64,000 nt of DNA from a virus (taxonomy: Duplodnaviria; Caudoviricetes). Position numbers and translations under genes: made by a program. Location of the stretch: the IMG/VR virus record IMGVR_UViG_3300021376_000006, one strand, 5' to 3'. Positions 25,045-33,942 of this stretch are shown in pieces (position 1 is the stretch's first letter; each line of letters begins with the position of its first letter). The notes below the pieces were generated by a model. It made no database searches, had not been told where the DNA came from, and worked only from the letters and a program-made list of their open reading frames with translations.

Positions 25045-25854
25045 TTAATTATTTGTTAATACTTGATTATTTATCAATTGATAATAATTGTCAAAGTCGC
25101 TATTGGGATAAAACAATGCATACAGTTTAAAAGTTTTCTTTAAAAAAATCAAATTAAATTGCTGATGCCAGCCATGATCATATATTAAATCCAAAAACCA
25201 TTTGCTTTTTTTACTAGTGCCGTTGTCCAGTGCGAAAAAATTTTTAACAAAGCCCAAACCAAAATATCTTAGTTCTGTCACTTGATTAATATAGTTATCT
25301 TGTTCTATTTTGATAGAACCGTGAAGTTTTTGATAAATTTTGAAAATATTGTTGTTATGATGCGATTCATCTACTAGTAAACGATGAAACATTTTTGCTG
25401 TTTGTTGATTTTGACAGGTTTTGTATAGCAAATAAAAACCAGTCCAAAGATAGCACTCACCTACGTAGTATCTGGTCAATAACTGTGTAAGATTACTGGT
25501 TTTAAATCTATCCTGCGCCTGCATTTCTGTGCTATTTAAATCATGCTGCGAAACATCTTTGTTAAAATTATTTTTAAAAAAATCTAATAGCATCTTGGCA
25601 TGCACTTCTTCATCATGTATCATTCTATCAAAATATTGACAAATCAAATTTTGGCTTTCGTACGTTAAATTGAGATCATGATAGTAATTTTGTTTAAAAT
25701 TGTTTCTAAGTGCAGGATATACTAGAGTAGTTTCATATTCCCCAAGATAGGTATTGTACAACCAATTACAAATAAATTCGTTTTCGAATTGATCATACTT
25801 TTGTCCGAGAGATTTGATCGCTCGATTAGAAAATATTGGAGTGTTAAATTGCAT
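25045..25854 (-). CDS. Ferritin-like di-iron protein
   Basis: Paired ExxH motifs (DEEVH, DESHH) with upstream E residues. Confidence 0.65.
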   Translation of the reverse strand: MQFNTPIFSNRAIKSLGQKYDQFENEFICNWLYNTYLGEYETTLVYPALRNNFKQNYYHDLNLTYESQNLICQYFDRMIHDEEVHAKMLLDFFKNNFNKDVSQHDLNSTEMQAQDRFKTSNLTQLLTRYYVGECYLWTGFYLLYKTCQNQQTAKMFHRLLVDESHHNNNIFKIYQKLHGSIKIEQDNYINQVTELRYFGLGFVKNFFALDNGTSKKSKWFLDLIYDHGWHQQFNLIFLKKTFKLYALFYPNSDFDNYYQLINNQVLTNN

Positions 25855-25886
25855 ACAAAGTATTTAACATTATTACTTTGATCATT

Positions 25887-25915
25887 AAAAAAGGGTCCTA
25901 AGCCCCTTTTTTTTT
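25887..25915 (-). terminator. Intrinsic terminator after pqqA
   Basis: AAAAAGGGGCTTAGGACCCTTTTTT. Confidence 0.7.
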
Positions 25916-25929
25916 ACTAAATCGTAAAA

Positions 25930-26004
25930 TTAACGATTTGCAATATACATAGTGATTTCAAAACCAAAACGCATATCTTGAGCTGCTGGTGTAGTCCATG
26001 CCAT
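25930..26004 (-). CDS. pqqA: Pyrroloquinoline quinone precursor peptide PqqA (24 aa, not in track)
   Basis: AAGGAG RBS; MAWTTPAAQDMRFGFEITMYIANR with ExxxY motif. Confidence 0.93.
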   Translation of the reverse strand: MAWTTPAAQDMRFGFEITMYIANR

Positions 26005-26123
26005 GTTATTTCTCCTTGATTAAAATTAACATACTGCAACAGTATGTATCAAGATTATAAGGCAATTTTTGGGTAAATTACATCCATACAGTCATGATTT
26101 TATGCTACGTAAATTTATTAGGT

Positions 26124-26384
26124 CTAGATAAAGTCCGGAGCAGGATAGTATCTCCGATTAGCCCATTGTTGTAATCTATGTTCATGCCAATAAATCATAA
26201 AATGATCTCTAGTTTCAAAATGTCTTTGGAATTCTTCAGTGACAGCCAAGCAACTGTTAAGATCTTGACCGCCCATTTCGCCTTTCATAAATGCAGTATC
26301 GCAATCCCAATAATACCGTTCTAGGTCTGCATAATTAAGATCCACTGCATTCAGTGCCACGGTTAATAAGAATATTTTGAGCAT
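26124..26384 (-). CDS. Secreted hypothetical protein, paralogue of 57684-57944
   Basis: Signal-like N-term; YYWDCDTAFMKGEMGGQDL. Confidence 0.7.
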   Translation of the reverse strand: MLKIFLLTVALNAVDLNYADLERYYWDCDTAFMKGEMGGQDLNSCLAVTEEFQRHFETRDHFMIYWHEHRLQQWANRRYYPAPDFI

Positions 26385-26405
26385 AGATGGCTCCTAAATT
26401 AATAT

Positions 26406-26588
26406 TTATAGGTCAACTTGCTTGCCCCAATTAATACGTAGCCATGCTCGTTCATGTACATAATGTAGTATGGTTAACACTATGTTTGCCATGATTGCTC
26501 CGGACCAACCAGCCCATATAGCAGTGACTAATGTTGCTATTATTCTCCATACCACTGCTCGTGCTATTGTTCTTTTATGCGTTTCCAA
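26406..26588 (-). CDS. DUF2061-like small membrane protein
   Basis: METHKRTIARAVVWRIIAT...YVHERAW. Confidence 0.75.
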   Translation of the reverse strand: METHKRTIARAVVWRIIATLVTAIWAGWSGAIMANIVLTILHYVHERAWLRINWGKQVDL

Positions 26589-26604
26589 TTATTTTTCAGT
26601 AAAA

Positions 26605-27012
26605 TTATCTAGTTTGATCTGCCAATATTTTGTAGCCCTTGTATGTGGGATGTACTCCGTCCCGACTAATATTATCTTCTGGTCTTGGAATTACAGTGTC
26701 TCCAAATTCCTCTGCTACCTGCCGTACTGCCTCCACCTGCCGAGGTTTCAGTTTGGCGCTTGGCAACAACCAAAATACTCTATCAGCTTGGGCATTAGTA
26801 CGCAATGATCTGACATGACCTTCGGTATTGATGCCACGATAATCGTTGGCACCTAGGCTGATGATCAAGTGTCGAGTTGGCTTTAGTTTGTGTAAATGCT
26901 TGGCTGTCCAATCATGTGAGTTAATACCGCTTTTGGCAATTGAGTGGCATTCGGGCCTTACTTGACTTACGCCCACTGCAATACTATCTCCTACAATTAA
27001 ACATTCAAGCAT
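26605..27012 (-). CDS. SGNH/GDSL hydrolase family protein
   Basis: GDSIAVG, ISLGAND, DGVHPT. Confidence 0.85.
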   Translation of the reverse strand: MLECLIVGDSIAVGVSQVRPECHSIAKSGINSHDWTAKHLHKLKPTRHLIISLGANDYRGINTEGHVRSLRTNAQADRVFWLLPSAKLKPRQVEAVRQVAEEFGDTVIPRPEDNISRDGVHPTYKGYKILADQTR

Positions 27013-27188
27013 TTACAATCTCCTTATAAAAATTTGTTGCATTATATTATATATCCTGACAATGTCTATTGTCAACGCAATTTTAATAGATTTTTACCAA
27101 ATATATTTTTATTACTCCAATAGAATAAATCTAAGTCTACATTGCTCAATAAATATTTGTGCTTAAGGCTTTCAATTATGGGTGGACA

Positions 27189-28862
27189 ATGAATCGATAC
27201 GACGAACTTGAAATACTAATTAAAAAATTTACACGACCAATACCAGACACCGAAGAATACAACTCAAGACTCGAAGAAGAATTAGAAATTATCGCAAAAC
27301 TAGGTTTTGCTAAACATTTTCTTCGTGTAAGAGAAATTTTAGATTTAACCCGAGACATACCACACATTACTAGAGGATCTGCAGGCTCAAGCCTGATATG
27401 CTATCTTATGGGTATCAGTGATGTGGATCCTATACTGGAACGTATACCACTGTCGCGCTTTATGAATCCCAGGCGCGATGACCTACCTGACATCGACCTA
27501 GACTTTCCGCACTGGCAGCAGGAAACTGTGATGAACAGAATATTCCGTAGATGGCCTGGGCAGAGTGCTAGAGTGTCAAACTATGTAATGTATAAAGAAA
27601 AGTCGGCTGTTCGTGAAGCTGCCAAACGCTACGGTGCCAAGGGCAGATTAAAACGCAATTTTAATTTGGCAGATGTGGTGCCAGCTGAATATGTGGGCGA
27701 AGCTGAACGCCTGGCAGACAAACTGTTGGGCAAAAAACGCTGTATCAGCAAACACTGCGGCGGCATATTGATATTTGATCGTAGTGTACCTAAAAGTCTA
27801 ATCAATGGCGAAAATCAAATATTACTAGACAAATATGAAATAGAAGATCTAGAACACTTTAAGATTGATATTCTAGCCAATCGCGGACTAAGCCAGCTAT
27901 GGGAAATAGATCAAAGAGATTTGTTAGATTATCCTGAAACAGATGCTGCCACCGCTGCATTACTAAGTAGAGGCGATGTGCTGGGTGTGACACAAGCCGA
28001 AAGTCCGGCCATGAAGCGACTGTTTAGAGCCATACGTCCACAAAGTCGTGCCGACTGTGTGCTGGGCACAGCACTGATTCGTCCAGTGGCCACACAAGGT
28101 CGTAGGCGTGCAAGTGCGTTTCAAGACTGGACCCGAGACAACTTGAGCGAGACTATCGTGTTTGAAGATGATGCTATAGAACTTATATCAGAAATACTAG
28201 GATGTGATCAGTATGAAGCAGACATGTGGCGTAGAGCATTTGCCAAGAAGAATGAAGAAAAGATGTTTGAGTTTATGCAACAAATTGGTGACCATCCTCG
28301 TCGAAATGACGTCCTGCTGGCCTTACGTGAACTGAGTCATTTTGGACTGTGTCGTGCTCATGCTATCAACTTGGGTAGATTGATCTGGGCACTAGCTTAT
28401 CAAAAAGCACACAATCCAGAACAGTTCTGGCAAGCGGCATTAAAACATTGCCAAGGCTCATACGCTAGATGGGTATACTGGCAAGAAGCCAAATTGGCCG
28501 GAGCCGTGCCTGCCGCGGGCGAAGGCGGTGAAGTGGCAGACTTGATACAGGATGGTCGTTGGCGTTCGGGTAGATTTATTCCTGTGTGCCAAGAAATTCG
28601 TAAGCCAGGACAAGTTGAATTCTGTGGCCTAGTTGCTAACTATCGTGTGTTTAAATCAGGACCAAAAGAATACATAACCTTTGCCACACTAGGCACTGGT
28701 AATGGTAGATATCTTGATGTTATATTGCCACATGCTACCAGTTTTCACGAGCAGCCCATACTATGGGGAACGGGCAAGTTGGGGTATAAAAATAATTCAG
28801 AATATGTTACAGTATATCGTAGCAAGAAAATGAAATTAACTGATATAGCACACATAACATGA
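27189..28862 (+). CDS. C-family DNA polymerase (DnaE alpha-subunit-like) lacking the PHP domain
   Basis: RGSAGSSL..Y..GI..VDP, RFMNPRR..LPDIDLDF, SKHCGG, FKIDIL, AESPAM, CRAHA; starts at the palm domain. Confidence 0.88.
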   Translation: MNRYDELEILIKKFTRPIPDTEEYNSRLEEELEIIAKLGFAKHFLRVREILDLTRDIPHITRGSAGSSLICYLMGISDVDPILERIPLSRFMNPRRDDLPDIDLDFPHWQQETVMNRIFRRWPGQSARVSNYVMYKEKSAVREAAKRYGAKGRLKRNFNLADVVPAEYVGEAERLADKLLGKKRCISKHCGGILIFDRSVPKSLINGENQILLDKYEIEDLEHFKIDILANRGLSQLWEIDQRDLLDYPETDAATAALLSRGDVLGVTQAESPAMKRLFRAIRPQSRADCVLGTALIRPVATQGRRRASAFQDWTRDNLSETIVFEDDAIELISEILGCDQYEADMWRRAFAKKNEEKMFEFMQQIGDHPRRNDVLLALRELSHFGLCRAHAINLGRLIWALAYQKAHNPEQFWQAALKHCQGSYARWVYWQEAKLAGAVPAAGEGGEVADLIQDGRWRSGRFIPVCQEIRKPGQVEFCGLVANYRVFKSGPKEYITFATLGTGNGRYLDVILPHATSFHEQPILWGTGKLGYKNNSEYVTVYRSKKMKLTDIAHIT

Positions 28863-29155
28863 AATCAAGAATACACCTTTATCCGCATACCGGTCCTGGC
28901 ACTAGAGGCTACATAGTTGCAGAACGAGCCGCACTTAAATCTCTAGCAAAACATCTTGAAGATGCCGCTCGAGGCATAGTGGGTTTCGATACCGTAAAAT
29001 GTTATGGTTCAGATGGCCACGAATATGAACTAGTAATAGTATGTGATGTAGCCGAAGATGAATGGCAGAACTTACCCGGACCCGGAGATCAAAAAGCAGA
29101 TCCCAGTAAGTTAGCAGTGGTTCAAACTTTTGACGAGCTTCGTAAATCTAATTAG
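28859..29155 (+). CDS. Hypothetical protein, translationally coupled to DnaE-like gene
   Basis: ATGA overlap. Confidence 0.65.
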   Translation: MKSRIHLYPHTGPGTRGYIVAERAALKSLAKHLEDAARGIVGFDTVKCYGSDGHEYELVIVCDVAEDEWQNLPGPGDQKADPSKLAVVQTFDELRKSN

Positions 29156-29352
29156 TTATTTCTTTAAGTAACTAGAACACATCATTTCAAAATCACGTTG
29201 TTTTGAATTTATCAACGCATGACTAGCATTTGGATTTCTGCTACGATAAGACTCCCTCTCTTGATCTATGCACTCATCATATTTACTACTACAACCTGCT
29301 AGCAATAATAAAAGTATCAAGTATCGCATATGATTCCTTAAAACTGTATTTA

Positions 29353-29592
29353 CTAGTTTTCGTCAAAGTTCATAGGAATAAAACCTTTGGCGGGAGTAAA
29401 TGCGGTCACTGCTTTCAATTTGGTGTCAAACACCACATCAAAACCGGCGAATCTGTCACCATCATACTTTGCTCTAATGTCTGATACCTGTCTTCCGGTT
29501 TGTCGTTCCACTGCGGCCACTACCATGTTGGAAACAGTTGTGGTACCAATTGTGGCTGTCATTTCAATGTCGATATCGTAAGTTTTTGGCAT
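29353..29592 (-). CDS. Hypothetical protein
   Basis: AAAGGA RBS. Confidence 0.6.
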   Translation of the reverse strand: MPKTYDIDIEMTATIGTTTVSNMVVAAVERQTGRQVSDIRAKYDGDRFAGFDVVFDTKLKAVTAFTPAKGFIPMNFDEN

Positions 29593-29602
29593 AAGTGTCC
29601 TT

Positions 29603-29678
29603 TTGTGCGCTAGACAGGAATTGAACCTGTTATTTTGAGCTTTAGAGACTCCGGCTCAACCATTTAGTTTCTAGCGGC
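29603..29678 (-). tRNA. Degenerate tRNA-like gene with amber anticodon CTA
   Basis: 76 nt; loop CTCTAAA; T-arm ACAGG-TTCAATT-CCTGT; bulged acceptor, weak D-stem, 3' end CAA not CCA. Confidence 0.6.
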
Positions 29679-29692
29679 ATGTGTGTATTATA

Positions 29693-30325
29693 TTATCTTG
29701 ACATCAGCTGGTCAACAAATTCGAGCAACAACTTATGATTGCCACCGTTCCAATGCTTACGCATCCAGGAATAATCATTATACCAATGTTGATCCGCTTC
29801 AAGATGACAACCAATTAAACCAATTCTGTTTTGTACGATTGCCATTGGAGCCGAGTTATAGTATTGAGATATGGTATTAAATTTGTATCCATCAAAAGTG
29901 CAACCATCGTAAAAATACATACCTAGCCGTTGACCATTCCAGGTAACGGGCATTTGTTTAGCGTGTGGCCTTCGTGTGCATGCAGTGGGATGCTTTATAT
30001 ATTGCTTGACTCTAACGCTGTCAAGTAATCCAAGATAATCAGTATCAGCCCAATAAGCACCCATACATATACCAAGATAATGACCTCCTGCTGCTACAAA
30101 GTTTCTAATGTGTTGTCCATTGTTACGCATTAAGTAATCAAAACTGTCGCTATCACCAACACCTCCGGGAACGGCTATGCAATCAACATCGTCAAAGAAA
30201 TCATCTTCTAGTTCGTGTTTTGTAAAGATTTTAAAACGGTAATTGCGCCCTAATGCCCTAATTATTCCGTTGACTGATTGTACAGAACATTTAGGCTGAT
30301 GAAGGAACAGAGCTATAGTTTTCAT
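29693..30325 (-). CDS. BPL_N-like class I glutamine amidotransferase-fold protein
   Basis: AVPGGVG, GGHYLGICMGAY, FYDG, GCHLE. Confidence 0.8.
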   Translation of the reverse strand: MKTIALFLHQPKCSVQSVNGIIRALGRNYRFKIFTKHELEDDFFDDVDCIAVPGGVGDSDSFDYLMRNNGQHIRNFVAAGGHYLGICMGAYWADTDYLGLLDSVRVKQYIKHPTACTRRPHAKQMPVTWNGQRLGMYFYDGCTFDGYKFNTISQYYNSAPMAIVQNRIGLIGCHLEADQHWYNDYSWMRKHWNGGNHKLLLEFVDQLMSR

Positions 30326-30564
30326 TGTGAACGATACTTTACACCAACCCAAGTTCCTGCAAATGCACCAATTACTGCAGGAATCAACAAATACGGATTA
30401 TAGGCCGACCCTATTAGGGCAGAAGCATATAATATGTATAGTATAGCAGCCCACGTAGACGCTTTCAATGCTCGACTTTGCTGAATAGCTTGTATGTAGT
30501 ATGCATTGAACACGTCAGTAAAAAACATAGCAAAAAATGCTGCCGGGTATTCCCAAAATTCCAT
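30322..30564 (-). CDS. Small membrane protein
   Basis: Three hydrophobic segments. Confidence 0.65.
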   Translation of the reverse strand: MEFWEYPAAFFAMFFTDVFNAYYIQAIQQSRALKASTWAAILYILYASALIGSAYNPYLLIPAVIGAFAGTWVGVKYRSQ

Positions 30565-30632
30565 TTGAAACTCAATATTTGCTATCTATTTATGTTAATA
30601 AAAAAGCCCTTTAGGGGCTTAGTTATATACTA

Positions 30633-31658
30633 TTATTTCCAAATTGGATTGTTGTCTGGACCACGGAACTCAGTTTTCCAAGTTTGTTGCACTAATCGAA
30701 TTACATCTTGTGGCATATGAACATATTCCAATTCAGTTGCCATCTGTCCGCCGTTCTTGTATGCCCAATCAAAGAACTTAAGAACTGCACGACCTGTTAG
30801 TGCGTCTGCTTGCTGTCGGTGCATTATAATAAAACTTGCACCTGTTGCTGGCCAAGCATCTTTCCCTGTTTGCCAGGTCAATAACAAATACATACCTGGT
30901 GCATTTGCCCAGTCTGCATTGGCTGTGGCTGCTTTGAATGTAGAATCATCAGGTGATACAAAGTTGCCATCACGGTTCTTCAGCTGTGCAAAGGCAATTT
31001 TATTGCGTTTGGCAAATGCATATTCCACATAACCAAAGGCACCTTTGATACGTTGTACCTGGGTGGCTACACCCTCGTTGCCTTTACCACCAACACCCAC
31101 CGGCCATTTCACAGCAGGACCTTCGCCAACTGCTTTAGCAAAATCAGCATTGGCTTTGCTTAAGAAGTTAGTCCAGATAAATGTTGTTCCAGAACCATCA
31201 GCACGATGTACTACCACGATTGGCAGTGCCGGAAGGTTGATACCAGGATTGATTTCAACAATCGCTCGATCGTTCCACTTGGAAATCTTACCCAGGTGAA
31301 TATTGGCAATGATATCTGGTGTGAGTCGTAGTTTGCCCGATTCAACACCATCTATGTTGTAGACTGGTACTACGCCGCCAATAATTGCTGGAAACTGAAC
31401 TAGCCCTTCTTTGTCTAATTCTTCTTTCTTGAGTGGCATGTCGCTGGCGCCAAAATCAACTGTTCGTGCCTTGATTTGGCGGATGCCGCCACCTGATCCA
31501 ATTGATTGATAGTTAAGACCTATGCCGGTTTGAGCTTTGTAAGCTTCTGCCCACTTGGCATAGATCGGGAATGGGAATGTTGCTCCCGCTCCGGTAAATT
31601 CTGCGGCGCTAGCATTGAGAGCCATAGCAGCAAAGAGTATTGCTAATAGTTTCTTCAT
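30633..31658 (-). CDS. pstS: Phosphate ABC transporter substrate-binding protein
   Basis: Signal peptide; GAGATFP..IYAKWA, YQSIGSGGG, DFGASD, RADGSGTT. Confidence 0.97.
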   Translation of the reverse strand: MKKLLAILFAAMALNASAAEFTGAGATFPFPIYAKWAEAYKAQTGIGLNYQSIGSGGGIRQIKARTVDFGASDMPLKKEELDKEGLVQFPAIIGGVVPVYNIDGVESGKLRLTPDIIANIHLGKISKWNDRAIVEINPGINLPALPIVVVHRADGSGTTFIWTNFLSKANADFAKAVGEGPAVKWPVGVGGKGNEGVATQVQRIKGAFGYVEYAFAKRNKIAFAQLKNRDGNFVSPDDSTFKAATANADWANAPGMYLLLTWQTGKDAWPATGASFIIMHRQQADALTGRAVLKFFDWAYKNGGQMATELEYVHMPQDVIRLVQQTWKTEFRGPDNNPIWK

Positions 31659-31710
31659 CTTGTAATCTCCATATTAGGTGCATTGCACGCTAATATTTAA
31701 ACATCGTAAG

Positions 31711-31728
31711 ATTACAAGCGTGTTACAA
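31711..31728 (-). promoter_or_regulatory. Putative Pho box upstream of pstS
   Basis: TTGTAAC-ACGC-TTGTAAT: 7-bp direct repeats at 11-bp spacing, similar to CTGTCAT consensus. Confidence 0.7.
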
Positions 31729-31745
31729 AATCCAGTTTTTTGAAT

Positions 31746-32099
31746 TTATTTTTCCGTAATTATTAACCAACCAATTCTCTCAAGATCAGTTTTGACCTCG
31801 GGTGCTATAAATCCTTCTTCATGGAAGCAATCATCATAATCACTTTTCCATGCACCCGAACAATACCATGTCATGTAATCGCCTTCGCCACGTATGTCGG
31901 CTACTAGACCTCCGGCGTACCGCCATGTGCAACTCCAACGAATGTTTTGCAGTAGACCCCACATGTCTTTGGGTGCAAATTCGTTGTTACAAAGTGCAGC
32001 GTATAAATTCTGTGCGTATATTTCCTTGCCTTGTACTTTTTCTACAAGCCACCATGTGGTACGCAAGTCACGCTCCATATTCCAGCTATGTCTTGGCAT
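31746..32099 (-). CDS. Conserved phage hypothetical protein
   Basis: YAQNLYAALCNN...WSCTWRYAGGLVAD...DYMTWYCSG. Confidence 0.7.
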   Translation of the reverse strand: MPRHSWNMERDLRTTWWLVEKVQGKEIYAQNLYAALCNNEFAPKDMWGLLQNIRWSCTWRYAGGLVADIRGEGDYMTWYCSGAWKSDYDDCFHEEGFIAPEVKTDLERIGWLIITEK

Positions 32100-32120
32100 A
32101 AAAATATTTATTAGGTCAAG

Positions 32121-32150
32121 AAAAAAGGCAGCATTGCGCTGCCTTTCTTA
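32121..32150 (-). terminator. Intrinsic terminator
   Basis: AAAGGCAGC-GCAAT-GCTGCCTTTTTT. Confidence 0.75.
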
Positions 32151-32165
32151 CTGAGTCAACTAGAA

Positions 32166-32435
32166 TTAGTCAACTAGACCCATTGCGATAGCTTTGTAAC
32201 CAGCTGCAACAATCTTACGGCTAGCTTTACCATGACGGTATTCAGTTACACGAACGCCATTACCTGCTTTACGGGTATTAGCATACACAGGAAAACCTGC
32301 GTAACGAATTTCGCTGATGGTAGCCGTTGGATTCTTGATTGAGAATCGCTTTGCAATTTGGCTAGCACTCAGTGTCTCACCGTCAATGACGAGAGCGCGG
32401 AACAACTTACCTTGCTTTGTGTTTAAATTAAACAT
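32166..32435 (-). CDS. Helix-turn-helix DNA-binding protein
   Basis: LSASQIAKRFSIKNPTATISEIRYAG. Confidence 0.7.
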   Translation of the reverse strand: MFNLNTKQGKLFRALVIDGETLSASQIAKRFSIKNPTATISEIRYAGFPVYANTRKAGNGVRVTEYRHGKASRKIVAAGYKAIAMGLVD

Positions 32436-32511
32436 CTAATATCTCCTAAATAAGATATGCTGTACTACAGCATTCAAGTATTATATGCGAATGTTTTGGA
32501 AAATGCAACTG

Positions 32512-32937
32512 TTATTTGTCTGTTTTTTCATCTTTTTTTACCAAACTCCACGATCCATTCTTGTTATCAATCCATTCAATGGTGTCACCTTCCTTCCAAC
32601 CTGCTTCTTGTAATATTTCATCAGTAAAAGGAAGCATAAGATCGCCAGTCTCAGGATCTTCTTCTAAAGTCACAGTCCAGGATTTGATCATTGGAGTTAC
32701 CTCCTGCACATTTGCTATTTTGAAACTTCGCCATTCATTTTTATCTGTACACCACACACTCAAGTTATTAATATTTGTTTTTCTTGTTTTGCCTTCTTGT
32801 ATGTTTTGTGTATCAATAATAGGTAATAGTTCACTTTTAAGCGTACACGGCATTGTTCGTAGTTCTCCATTTACTTTAGTAAAAGTGACTTCGCAGATAC
32901 CGGACTGCAACATTGTGATTATTTCATCTCTAGTCAT
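32512..32937 (-). CDS. Fusion of SH3-like (DUF2693/WYL_2-type) and AbrB/SpoVT-like domains; start reassigned to MTRDE
   Basis: VTFTKVNGELRTMPCTL...WRSFK; DLMLPFTDEILQEAGWKEGDTIEW. Confidence 0.65.
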   Translation of the reverse strand: MTRDEIITMLQSGICEVTFTKVNGELRTMPCTLKSELLPIIDTQNIQEGKTRKTNINNLSVWCTDKNEWRSFKIANVQEVTPMIKSWTVTLEEDPETGDLMLPFTDEILQEAGWKEGDTIEWIDNKNGSWSLVKKDEKTDK

Positions 32938-33548
32938 TAAATACCTCTTCCCATAATTGTTCCATATACTGGTTGTTCTTCGGTTTGTAAAATTTTGTAT
33001 CCATTTGCTAACAAGTAAGGCACCACTGCACCACCTTTGCCTGAATAGTGACCCCACCATTTATTATACCAGGTATCGTCTAGGACCACAACACTTTGTT
33101 TGGCCATATACGGTAAAGCAGCTATCATTTGTTCAAGATGAGCACGTTGACTGTTTACATTGGTCATTTCAAAACCCAGTTTTCGATATCGAGCCTGCTG
33201 TTCAACAACAAATGATTCGGTATTTTCCGGATGCCAGTCCCAGTCAAAATTGTCAAGATAAAGAAAACTGATTTGACCAAGATGTGGGGACCATGTTTTG
33301 AAAAACAGTTCACCCGTGCCCAGCCAAGTTTTTAGATTGGGAATCTTTAATTTAGAAACAAAACCAAGATTCTCGCTATCAACATCCACAGTGTATAATT
33401 CGCGGCCGTAGTGTTGTGCCCATTCTGCAATAGTCCGTGTGCTGCCATCGTCACCATTACGGCTGGTGCCTATTTCCACAAACCATTCAATATTGGCAGG
33501 AGCAATTTGGTCTAGATACTGTTCGGCTCTACGAAATATCTGACCCAT
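32937..33548 (-). CDS. Class I SAM-dependent methyltransferase-like protein
   Basis: FVEIGTSR, YTVD, FLYLD, VVLDDT...GKG. Confidence 0.75.
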   Translation of the reverse strand: MGQIFRRAEQYLDQIAPANIEWFVEIGTSRNGDDGSTRTIAEWAQHYGRELYTVDVDSENLGFVSKLKIPNLKTWLGTGELFFKTWSPHLGQISFLYLDNFDWDWHPENTESFVVEQQARYRKLGFEMTNVNSQRAHLEQMIAALPYMAKQSVVVLDDTWYNKWWGHYSGKGGAVVPYLLANGYKILQTEEQPVYGTIMGRGI

Positions 33549-33698
33549 GTACTCGTTCAAATTCTTTTTTGACAGTGCAATATTGATCAACAATATACAA
33601 TATACTAGATTTTATTATTTTGTAAGTGACAGCTACAAAAAAATACGCAACATATACAAAAGGAAAGATTACTGCAAATAAGAATTCAAAAAGCAGTT

Positions 33699-33932
33699 TC
33701 ATGATTTTAACTCCTTGAGTACCATTTCTTGGGCACGTTGATCTAGTTCTGCATTTTCCGCATCAGTTATATATGCAGCTATTTCATGCACCAACTCTTG
33801 TACTGCAATTTTGCCAGGTTCGATGAACGAGCTAAATTGTCGTCCGGTACTGCTTCGATGATAATAACGACTGTTATTCATTATTTCTTTGACACCGCCG
33901 TACATGAGTTCTTTGATTGCTTGTTTTTCAAT
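33699..33932 (-). CDS. Hypothetical protein (start uncertain; track N-terminus overlaps ligase)
   Basis: KELMYGGVKEIMNNSRYY...DQRAQEMVLKELKS. Confidence 0.55.
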   Translation of the reverse strand: MEKQAIKELMYGGVKEIMNNSRYYHRSSTGRQFSSFIEPGKIAVQELVHEIAAYITDAENAELDQRAQEMVLKELKS

Positions 33933-33942
33933 GACCAGTCCT

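Noticed and set aside
26030-26046. LexA (SOS) box upstream of pqqA
   Set aside because: CTG and CAG are 3 nt apart rather than 10; more likely a 5'-UTR hairpin like that at 32457-32473.
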